This document shows positions 1 through 8,468 of a stretch of 64,000 nt of DNA, piece by piece (positions within the stretch are counted from its first letter, which is position 1; each line of letters begins with the position of its first letter). The stretch is taken from positions 54,529-118,528 of the forward strand of contig CAVWYD010000009.1 of assembly GCA_963759055.1 (NCBI GenBank), read 5' to 3'. Source of the stretch: an uncultured Gammaproteobacteria bacterium. GTDB lineage: Bacteria; Pseudomonadota; Gammaproteobacteria; Chromatiales; Chromatiaceae. The notes under the pieces are model-generated. The model made no database searches. It was not told the DNA's origin and saw only the letters and a program-made list of their open reading frames with translations. The position numbers were made by a program, and so were the translations under genes.

Positions 1-1
1 T

Positions 2-1312
2 TATGCGGAGCATGCGCCACAGGGTATGGAATTTACCAATCTGGATTCCTTGTTCGGTGCCGCCCTGAAGACGGGCGAGCCGGTGATCGCCAATGACCCG
101 GCCAACGACAGTCGCAGTGGTGGCATACCGCCAGGGCACCCACCACTCAATGCGTTTCTGGGCATCCCTCTATATGCCGGCAGGCAAATGGTCGGCATGG
201 CCGGCATTGCCAATCGGGCCGGTGGCTACGACGCGAGACTGGTTGAGTCGCTGGGCGCCTTCAGCACCACCTGTGCCCACTTGATCATGGAATATCGCAT
301 CGAACAGCAGAGGATCGCAGCCGAAGAACAGGTGAAGCACAACGAGCAGCGGCTGCGGGCGGTTCTGGATAACGTCCTGGAGAGCATCATCAGCATCGAC
401 CGACGGGGGATCGTACAATCGGTCAATACATCCAGCGAGGAGATCTTTGGCTACAGCGCCGATGAAATGATTGGCCAGAACGTGAAAATGCTCATGCCGG
501 AGCCACACCGCAGTGCACATGACCAGTATCTGAAGCATTATCACAACACCCGCGACGCAAAGATCATCGGTGCGGGACGTGAGGTCGAGGGCCGGCACAA
601 GGACGGGACGATCTTCCCGCTGGAACTCAGTGTCACCGAGGTCGCCACCGGTGGCCATATACTTTATGTCGGTGTACTGCGCGATATCACCGAGCGCAAG
701 CAGACCGAGGTCGCGCTGCACCGTGCACGTACCGAATTGCAGCAGGCCAACGAAAAACTGCTCGAGCAGGCGCGTACGGATGCGCTCACGGGGATTTCCA
801 ATCGCCGTCACTTCGATGAAGCCCTTGATCTGGAGATTCGGCGTGCCGGGCGCGCAGTCGATGCGCCCCTGTCACTGATTTTGTGCGATATCGATCACTT
901 CAAACTTTACAACGACGTCTATGGCCATATTGCCGGCGACGAATGTCTGCAGAAGGTTGCGGCGGTGATCAGGTCGGTCTTCGAGCGGGCAGGCGATCTT
1001 GTCGCGCGTTACGGCGGCGAGGAGTTCGCGGTCATCATGCCGGCAACCAATGCCGAAAATGCCGGTAGCGTTGCCGAGCGGATGCGCCTTGCTATCTCGG
1101 AACGCGCCATACCGCATACCGCTTCACCCGTCGCCGATCGGGTGACGCTTAGTATCGGTGTCGCGACCTTGAGATCCGGCGAGGTCATGACGGCGAAAAA
1201 ATTCGCCATGCGCGCCGATGAGGCTCTGTACATGGCGAAGGCAAACGGCCGCAATCGGGTGGAACAGCATTTTGAAGACACGGCACTGGCAACCAACGTC
1301 AATGCCAACTGA
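2..1312 (+). CDS. GAF-PAS-GGDEF diguanylate cyclase (5' truncated by window edge)
   Basis: Frame is open from base 2. GAF-like segment (PGHPPLNAFLGIP), FixL-like PAS (LMPEPHRSAHDQYL...GREVEGRHKDGTIFPLELSV), TDALTG linker and RAGD-LVARYGGEEF (I-site plus active site). Confidence 0.9.
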   Translation, partial: YAEHAPQGMEFTNLDSLFGAALKTGEPVIANDPANDSRSGGIPPGHPPLNAFLGIPLYAGRQMVGMAGIANRAGGYDARLVESLGAFSTTCAHLIMEYRIEQQRIAAEEQVKHNEQRLRAVLDNVLESIISIDRRGIVQSVNTSSEEIFGYSADEMIGQNVKMLMPEPHRSAHDQYLKHYHNTRDAKIIGAGREVEGRHKDGTIFPLELSVTEVATGGHILYVGVLRDITERKQTEVALHRARTELQQANEKLLEQARTDALTGISNRRHFDEALDLEIRRAGRAVDAPLSLILCDIDHFKLYNDVYGHIAGDECLQKVAAVIRSVFERAGDLVARYGGEEFAVIMPATNAENAGSVAERMRLAISERAIPHTASPVADRVTLSIGVATLRSGEVMTAKKFAMRADEALYMAKANGRNRVEQHFEDTALATNVNAN

Positions 1313-1342
1313 ACGGAAACAGGCTCGCCTGAATTTTACTGG

Positions 1343-2338
1343 CTAGTTGTCTGCGCGATAGTGTCCGAGAGAAGCTTCCAGTAATTGGACGACCTCCGCG
1401 CGCAGGCTCTCCGGACTGAGTACCTCGACATCAGGTCCGTGTCGCAGTACCTCCATGGCGAGTTCGCGGCTGTGTGCATAGGGCACGTCGAGGATCAGGT
1501 AGTCGTCGTCCCAGCTTATTGTTTGTTGTGGGTGCCATACCTCGTCGGAGATCCAGCGCGCTGCGGTGGGCGAGAATCGCAGTCGGGCGCGATGCCTGGC
1601 CATGCCGCCAAAGATGCCGAAACCACTGCCCATGGCCTGGTCCAGTTTCTTTTTGGCCACTTTTCTGGCTGATTGCTTGAGCAGCTCTGCATGGCGGATG
1701 GCGTCAAGTGCAAACAAACGCAGTCCATCCACCTTATGGCACCAGGCCAGCAGGTACCAGTTTTCACGATAGTGCAGCAGTCGTTGGGGTGACACCTCAC
1801 GGCGCGAGGTCTGATCCCGGCTGCGGGTGTAATAGCTGATCTGCAGCCGCCGTCGTCTGATGGTGGCACGGGCTATCACCTCGAACCACGCGCTCGACTT
1901 GCGCCGGGTCGCCGAGTGCAGGATGCGGAGGTACGAGAGTACATCACGGGGGTCGTCCTCGGCGGTACCCAACAGGTGCGTGATTCTTGCCAGCAGCGAT
2001 TGCGACTGTGCCGATACCAGTCCCGGTTCCATGCTGCTGGCCAGTTGATGCATGGTCAACAGGGCATGTATCTCGCTTTGATTGAACCACAGACCCCGGA
2101 TCCCGAAGCCTGTCGCGGTCTGCTCGCTGTCACCATTCAGCAGATAACCCGCTGGTCGGCCTTGGCCGCCACGCTGCCATTCGATCGGGGCACCCAGACG
2201 ATCGCGCAGATACTCTATGTCGCGCTTGAAAGTGGCGCGTGAGACCTCGAGTTCATCCAGAAAACGCCCGATCGGCACCGGATGCCGGCTGATCTCCAAC
2301 ATATGGACAATCTGGTGAATTCGTTCTGTCTGGCTCAT
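1343..2338 (-). CDS. WYL-domain transcriptional regulator (HTH-WYL-WCX, YafY/PafC-like)
   Basis: N-terminal wHTH (ELEVSRATFKRDIEYLR), WYL motif (VSPQRLLHYRENWYLLAWC...LRLFALD) and WCX tail (GPDVEVLSPESLR). Start placed at MSQTER. Confidence 0.9.
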   Translation of the reverse strand: MSQTERIHQIVHMLEISRHPVPIGRFLDELEVSRATFKRDIEYLRDRLGAPIEWQRGGQGRPAGYLLNGDSEQTATGFGIRGLWFNQSEIHALLTMHQLASSMEPGLVSAQSQSLLARITHLLGTAEDDPRDVLSYLRILHSATRRKSSAWFEVIARATIRRRRLQISYYTRSRDQTSRREVSPQRLLHYRENWYLLAWCHKVDGLRLFALDAIRHAELLKQSARKVAKKKLDQAMGSGFGIFGGMARHRARLRFSPTAARWISDEVWHPQQTISWDDDYLILDVPYAHSRELAMEVLRHGPDVEVLSPESLRAEVVQLLEASLGHYRADN

Positions 2339-2349
2339 TCTGTGAGCCA
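2331..2349. promoter_or_regulatory. Perfect 7-5-7 palindrome TGGCTCA-N5-TGAGCCA over the WYL gene start; candidate operator
   Basis: TGGCTCA (2331-2337) ttctg TGAGCCA (2343-2349). It overlaps the ATG at 2338. Confidence 0.55.
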
Positions 2350-2434
2350 CTATAGCCCGCATGATAACAGCGTCAAAGTCCGGGGCAGGCCACATGGTCA
2401 AGCTCCGAAACTGGAAATCTTATATCTGAGGCAT

Positions 2435-2924
2435 ATGGTTATGGCTGACTGGCAAGAAAATCTCGAGACTGTGGGTGCTGAGATTTTCCAGACTTATCGT
2501 AAGCGTTTGATGCAGCCTGGTATCGCCATGGAGATTCGCAGGGCCTATCCCGGGCTTTCCATGGTGGACGTGCTGATCCGGGTGCATGCCGGGCGGCAGA
2601 TTATCCAGGTTGGTGATGACTTCTGCGCTTTGCAGGCCATCCGCAGTGGCCGGTGGCAACAGACCCGCCAGGAACGAGAGAACCGTCCTGTGGTTGCCGA
2701 GGGTCGTCGTGACCAGGTGTCACGGATGCTGGTCAACCTCGGTGGCCTCTTGTTCGCCGGGTTCTGTCTGCTGTCTTTGCTGGCCGCGGTGTCGGATGGG
2801 CCCGGCGGGTGGCTGATCGGCGGGTGTGGGACTGGGGTTTGTCGTTGCGCTTCTGAGGTGGCGCATTTTCTCGGGTGGACAGGGGGATGGATTGTCATCG
2901 GGATGCCGCACGGGATTGTCGTAG
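2435..2924 (+). CDS. Hypothetical membrane protein divergent from the WYL gene (probable frameshift near 2820-2840)
   Basis: GAGG precedes ATG 2435/2441. One TM (LGGLLFAGFCLLSLLAAV) is in the main frame; a second TM (GFVVALLRWRIF) lies in another frame after a G-run and ends at TAG 2922-2924. Confidence 0.45.
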
Positions 2925-2944
2925 GGCCGGCTGTACCTGCCGAT
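2919..2944 (+). repeat. GTAG-type REP-like palindrome, copy 1
   Basis: TCGTAGGGCCGGCTGTACCTGCCGAT; 24/26 identical to the reverse complement of 26761-26786. Confidence 0.65.
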
Positions 2945-2966
2945 GGGCATTGCGTGCAGCCCGTAC

Positions 2967-4633
2967 CTACGGCTCCAGGGCGACCACGCAGTCGCGCCCC
3001 TGGCGCTTGGCAGCGAGCAGTCCCTGGTCGGCCCGATTCAGCAGTTCCGAAATCGTCTCGGTTTCACCGATGATCTCGGCCACACCGAGGCTGATGGTTA
3101 CATGCAAGGGTCCAACGCTGGTCTTGACCGGTTCCGCGCTGACCAGTTCACGTAGCCGCTCTGAGATGTTCAGGGCCTGTTCCAGTGATGCATCCGGCAT
3201 CACGATGGCAAATTCCTCGCCGCCGTAACGCGACAGCAGGTCGTCATCGGACAGGCCGCGGTTTATGCGACGTGCGACCGCCAGAAGCACCTCGTCACCC
3301 ACGGCATGGCCATGCTCGTCGTTGATCGGTTTGAAGAAATCGATATCGATCATGATGGCGGCAAAGGATTGTGCCACACGCCTTGCTTTTGCCAGCTCCA
3401 GGGCTGCGCTTTCGTCAAAGCTGCGACGGTTCAACAGGCCGGTGAGCGGGTCCTCACTGGCCTGACGCTGCAGCGTATTGATGGGCCTTAGAACGATGAG
3501 CCCGATCAGGACGGCGCCGGTGATGGTCAGCAGGCTCATTGCCACACCCAGGAAGATACTCTCGCGCTGGCCCTGGCGAATCTTTTGTGCCATCTCGTCT
3601 TCGGGGGCATAGACCCCCATCACCCATTGTTTCCCGCCGCGATTGAGCAGCGGGACGAACATGCTGAGGTAGCGCTTCCCATTCAATTCGAAGGAATCGA
3701 AGTGGGTGTAATTGAGCGCAACCAGATCGGGGAAGCGCTCCTTGAGACGGGCGCCGGCACGGGCGGTCAGCGTGTCGAGTTCACTCAGCGTCTTCAGGCG
3801 CAGCTTGCTCTCATCTTCGCGCTGGGCGAGTTCGGTGGCATAGGGATGCGCCAGGACATCGCCGTTGCTGTTGACGATGAACGCGGCCCCGGAGGTGCCT
3901 ACACGCTGCGTGGTGAGAAATTCCGACAGCGCGGACAATTCGATGTCCGCACCTATCACGCCCAGCAGGCGGTCGTCCTCATCGCGTACCGCGCGCGCCA
4001 CGGTGAGGCCAGGCAACTGCGAGGTATAGAAGATGTAAGGGTCGGTCCAGACTTCTTTGTCTGGCAGTCTGCGCGAGTTCGAACCAGGGCCGTACACGCG
4101 GATCGTAGCTGTCTTCCGGGTCGAACTTGCGCGAGGTCTCGACCATGCACTCGGTACGGTTGACCAGGGTTACCCGACTTGCCGGCGGCTGCGAGGTCTG
4201 AATGATCTTGCTGAAAAAACCCTTTTCGGCCTGTTGCGCCGTCACGTTTGCTGAAAACGAAGTTTCCGGCGGTGTCCCCGAAATACAAGGCGTCGATCTG
4301 CGGAATGACTCGCAGCTGTTCGAGAAAGTAACGTTCGAGTCTGTCCGGGTCCTCCCCGGACAGGAGCGTCGCCTCGAAGATCCCGACGGCCAGCGATACG
4401 CTGTCCTGCGCCTGCTGCAGGTAGCCGGCGGCGTTTTCCCTGGTTTCGTCGACCACGTTCTGCAGCAGTTCATGGGTGTGCTCATGCAGCGCGCGGTCGG
4501 TCGCGAAACGCTGCGAGGCCAGGACAGCAAACACAGTGAACAACTCGACCACGATCAACAGCGCCAGCAGGCTGAACAGCAGGCCGTTTTTTCGGCGCGG
4601 GCGGTCGTCGGGGCTAGTGGTCAGGGGCTTCAT
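2967..4633 (-). CDS. Cache-sensor diguanylate cyclase (split by two apparent frameshifts, ~4220 and ~4065)
   Basis: N-terminal TM, Cache motifs (YFGDTAGNF; YDPRVRPWF; VWTDPYIFYT), second TM and EDPLTGL...SRYGGEEF, spread over three reading frames. Confidence 0.85.
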
Positions 4634-4709
4634 GGCGTTTCTTTTGTTGAATATTCGCGCATCGGTACCTGTATCGAACCGAGGAGTCTGCGGTAGGGCG
4701 GGGGCAGCG

Positions 4710-6671
4710 TCAGGACACCAGGATCGGATGAATAAACTCTATGCTGCTCAATGGGCGGTTGCCTCCCGGTGGTGCGAAATGCATCAGCGTTCCATGCACG
4801 TCGGGTGGGATGGCACCTGCGCGCGCGGCCAGGGCAGAGGCATCGATACCCTGACGCACGAGATACAGTACATAGGTATGCCAGAGCGAGAGCGCATTGA
4901 TGCTGCCTGGGTCCGCGAGCTGTGCTTCGCGTGCACAACTCACCAGACGCTGGTCCAGTTCTGGCAGCGGCAGTGCCATCTTTGAGCCGGCCATCTCCGC
5001 GAGTACGGGCTCGAGGCGTCGCCAGGCACCCTGGCCGACTGTGATCTCGCGCCGACTGGCACCCGGTACCTCGATCCGGTCGCCCGAGCTGTCGAAGCAG
5101 GCCGAGTGCAGCAGCGGAAGTTCGTAAGGGGAGATGCCGCTCAGCAGCAGCGCCGCGTAGCCCGCGGTCAAGGGGTCTGCGACCGCCATCAGTGATTTAA
5201 GCTCGGCCCCGGCCAGTTCGCGCGGCAGGATCGGGAGATTGGCCGGGGCGGGCGGGGCGGCCGCCGCCGTCGGGTCGTGGTTGAGCTGGTTATGCACCTG
5301 CGGCGCAGAGAGGGTTTGAGTCCGACCGTCCGGATAGATCCGTACACCCAGATAGGGCGTTGCGTGTGAGGGGCGTGACCGTTCGCTCAGATACTCGACC
5401 AGCCAGGTGACAAACAGGGCCAGCCCGAGCGCTGCGGCCAGGGCGATCATGAGGTCACGTTCGTAATCCGGATAGATCGGACGGCTGGGAACGCGCGCCC
5501 ATTCCACGACCTGGATGGGCGGGTATTTCTTCAGGTTTTGCGCCTCAATCTGTGCCAGTCGTGTCTTGTTTTCGTTGACCAGTTCTTCCAGCCCGGCCAA
5601 GCCCTCTTCCATGGCCTTGAATTCCTTGAAGCGTTCGGTGAATTTCTGAACCTTGTCCTGGTGCTCGATCAATTCCCGCTCCAGGGCTGTGACGGAGGCC
5701 TCGGCCGTTGCCACATCCTGTTGCGCCTCGTCCTTCACGGTTCGCTTGCCCAGCTCCAGCGCACGCACGAGTTCGCGCTCCATCTCGGTCAGCATTCCAG
5801 GCAGGTTTTTGAGCACGGGGTCGCGGTCGATATAGCGCTGGGTGTATTTCTGTTTGAGATCCGCTACGCGCGCGCGAGTCCGCTCGACGTCGAGCTGCAT
5901 TCTCGTCATGTCGTTTTTTTGCTCGCTCGGTATCACGGTCTCGCCCTTGGCGATGGCTTCATCGATCGCCATCTTGCGTGCACGTGCCTCGACAAGAGTT
6001 TCACGCGCCTTGTTGAGCGAGTTGTTCAGGCCCTTGAGTGTCGCCAGGCTTCGGTTTTCGTCGCGTTCCAGACTGACGATGTCGTGTGTCTCCCGAAAAC
6101 TCAGCAGCTCCGCACGCGCGGCCTCGATCTTCAACTGGAGCTGTGCCTGCTCATCGGTCAGTTCGGCCGTGGTGCGCCCGGTCGCCACCTCGATCTCTTC
6201 GGCACGGAAACCCTCGTACGACTCGGCCCAGCGGTTTACCGCCCGCTGCAGCTGTTCCGGATATTCGCCCTCCGCCCGGAGTTCGAGCAGGTTGGTCTCC
6301 GGTACCGGCACCACAGACAGCATGCTGCGCAGTTGGTCCAGTCCGGCAATGTCCTCATCGCCTTCCTTGGCGAGACCTTGAGCCAGGCGTCCGAGCAGTT
6401 CCTCACCCAGCAGCAATCGACCCTGGATGGCGACATGTTCGATATCGGCCTCCTCACTGCGCCGGTCTACCGCCTTGGGCTTTACGGTGAGTATCGAGGC
6501 CGCGGAGCGATAGATCGGATCGCGACCATAGACGATCGCCAGACCTACCGCGGATGCGAGCAGCAGGACACTGAAGAACACTTTCCAACGCCGCCAGCGC
6601 GCCGGGCCGGTCGGCTCCGGCGGTGGTGAGCCCTGGATCAGTTCGACGCTGGGGAGTTGCGCTGTGTTCAC
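4710..6671 (-). CDS. Wzc/GumC-like chain-length-determinant membrane protein with C-terminal degenerate tyrosine-recombinase-like domain
   Basis: TM1 + P.YRSAASIL (Wzz N-terminal motif), long coiled coil, VVEWARVPSRPIYP + TM2, then LLLSGISPYEL ... LSLWHTYVLYLVRQG...LAARAG. No Walker A kinase domain. Confidence 0.7.
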   Translation of the reverse strand: MNTAQLPSVELIQGSPPPEPTGPARWRRWKVFFSVLLLASAVGLAIVYGRDPIYRSAASILTVKPKAVDRRSEEADIEHVAIQGRLLLGEELLGRLAQGLAKEGDEDIAGLDQLRSMLSVVPVPETNLLELRAEGEYPEQLQRAVNRWAESYEGFRAEEIEVATGRTTAELTDEQAQLQLKIEAARAELLSFRETHDIVSLERDENRSLATLKGLNNSLNKARETLVEARARKMAIDEAIAKGETVIPSEQKNDMTRMQLDVERTRARVADLKQKYTQRYIDRDPVLKNLPGMLTEMERELVRALELGKRTVKDEAQQDVATAEASVTALERELIEHQDKVQKFTERFKEFKAMEEGLAGLEELVNENKTRLAQIEAQNLKKYPPIQVVEWARVPSRPIYPDYERDLMIALAAALGLALFVTWLVEYLSERSRPSHATPYLGVRIYPDGRTQTLSAPQVHNQLNHDPTAAAAPPAPANLPILPRELAGAELKSLMAVADPLTAGYAALLLSGISPYELPLLHSACFDSSGDRIEVPGASRREITVGQGAWRRLEPVLAEMAGSKMALPLPELDQRLVSCAREAQLADPGSINALSLWHTYVLYLVRQGIDASALAARAGAIPPDVHGTLMHFAPPGGNRPLSSIEFIHPILVS

Positions 6672-7000
6672 GGCAGAGATTCCTTGATTATTATTTGAGA
6701 ATTCCTAATTACGCGCATCGGCGGACCATCTGCGCATGGCAGACGATCGGGCCGGCGGAATTCGTATTTTGGCCGAAATCCATGTCGCGCAGTTTACGCC
6801 TCCGGCCGCGTCTCTGTAGCGCAGTATAGTGATCCTGCGAATAGGACTCCTTGGTTTCAGCGCGTGCCGGAATGGTTATCGGGGTGCCGCCTGCGCGCAG
6901 TGGCTTTCGCGGTGCTGAACTCAATAATCGATATGTTTATGCATATAAAACAATAATATAAGATATATACATCAAGTAAAATATGCGGTAGAAGTCGGCG

Positions 7001-8401
7001 CTACGAGGGTTCCTGTTTCAGCAGGGCGTGCATGAGGTTGTTCTGAAATATGGGGTTTCCGGTAAGAAACTGATGTCGCTCGCATAGAAATACGGAGTGC
7101 GAGACGGACGGCTGCGGGATGGCGTGGAAGCCCGGCATCAGTTCGTCCTCCCAGCGCCCCATAAGGGAGCTTCGGGTAACCACGGAGTCGCCCGGGTCGT
7201 GGATTAGATCCTGATAGTCCAGACCCGCGACCGGTTTCGTCATCTTGCTCGGGTGCTCCCTGGCGCGCATTTTTTTGCGCACCTTTTCCACCACCAGGCG
7301 TGCGACGGTGGCATCGCAATCACCGCCGAACACAAAAGGCAGGACATCCCGCTCGTCGGTCTCCCGGGACATCAGCAGCATGAAATTCCTGCCCCGGTTC
7401 ATTTGCCTGCTGAGATAGGACTCCAGCGTGCGCAGGTAGCGTTTTCCGGCCCGGCCTCCACCTTTACGTCGGATGGTTCGTTCGCGTACCTCGGGGTCGA
7501 AGATCGACCACTGGAATTCGCGCCAGGTTTCTGTATCGAAAACGTCCCTGACGATGATGTCCCCCCTGCGGTCAACCAACCATGGGAGGGCCGGGTGTGG
7601 CATCAGCTGCGGGGCGCCCGAGATCGTGGCGATAATCTCGGCGGGGATTTTTCGCAATCCCATCTCCTCTCCGCGAACGTGTGAAAGCACCGGCTGCATG
7701 GTGCCGAGGTTTGGCGTGCCGACCATCAGCAGGCGTCTTATTGCCGGGGCGCCGGCATAGGAGGGTATGGCATCACCGTTATCCAGATGGTCCGAGGTGC
7801 CGAAGCGCGCGTAGTAACGCGCCAGCAGGCCGCCGTTGGAGTGTGCCAGGATGTCGACCTGCAGATCGGGTTGACCGTAGTCGGCGCGAATCTGTTCGAT
7901 CAGCTGGTGCAGGCCGGGCAGCGCTGAAACATTGTCCAGTCGCCAATCGTACAGGTAGACGTAGTAATTCCTCTGCCTGGGTTCGACCGGTTCACCGGGC
8001 TGACGTCGTGAGTAACCGCCCGGGCCTTCGAGGGTGTCGAGTATCTGGCCGTAAAAATCACGACCGAGACCCTGTCTGAATACGCCGTAGGGTCGGATGG
8101 CAGTGTCGACCGGGTCCAGGGTGGATTCATCGATGTCGACCTCGAGCCCCTTGTAGCTGCTGAACAACAGCTTGGCCGAGGATCGGGGCCAGATTTCACG
8201 CCCGCTGTCCGTATCCAGCAAACGCGAGCCGAAGGCGCCGGGAATAACAATCAATGGCGGCTGATCGTCTCGCCCGACCTGGTCATAAAGGTCGTCCAGT
8301 GGCGGTTCTTTGCCCCGCCTGGTTGCACAACCGCCACCGAGCGCCAGCGCAGCCAAAAGAAGGTCCCTGCGGGTAAGGCCTGAGATGATCTGTCCCTCCA
8401 T
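7001..8401 (-). CDS. Tat-exported lipoprotein, alpha/beta hydrolase (LCAT/lipase-like)
   Basis: TRRDLL twin-Arg signal with LGGGC lipobox-like site; IVIPGAFGS oxyanion motif, YDWR, AHSNGG nucleophile elbow, GTPNLG and PGDSVV...H. Confidence 0.8.
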   Translation of the reverse strand: MEGQIISGLTRRDLLLAALALGGGCATRRGKEPPLDDLYDQVGRDDQPPLIVIPGAFGSRLLDTDSGREIWPRSSAKLLFSSYKGLEVDIDESTLDPVDTAIRPYGVFRQGLGRDFYGQILDTLEGPGGYSRRQPGEPVEPRQRNYYVYLYDWRLDNVSALPGLHQLIEQIRADYGQPDLQVDILAHSNGGLLARYYARFGTSDHLDNGDAIPSYAGAPAIRRLLMVGTPNLGTMQPVLSHVRGEEMGLRKIPAEIIATISGAPQLMPHPALPWLVDRRGDIIVRDVFDTETWREFQWSIFDPEVRERTIRRKGGGRAGKRYLRTLESYLSRQMNRGRNFMLLMSRETDERDVLPFVFGGDCDATVARLVVEKVRKKMRAREHPSKMTKPVAGLDYQDLIHDPGDSVVTRSSLMGRWEDELMPGFHAIPQPSVSHSVFLCERHQFLTGNPIFQNNLMHALLKQEPS

Positions 8402-8468
8402 GTGGCCCCTTGTTCAGCGGCCACCGTTTCAGGTGGATCGCTCAAGGGGTACAAACCTGTTTTTTATT

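Noticed and set aside
4710-5200. Active integrase marking a prophage or genomic island boundary
   Set aside because: Catalytic Arg/His/Arg/Tyr positions are substituted, the domain is fused to a membrane protein, and no phage genes, tRNA or att repeats are adjacent.
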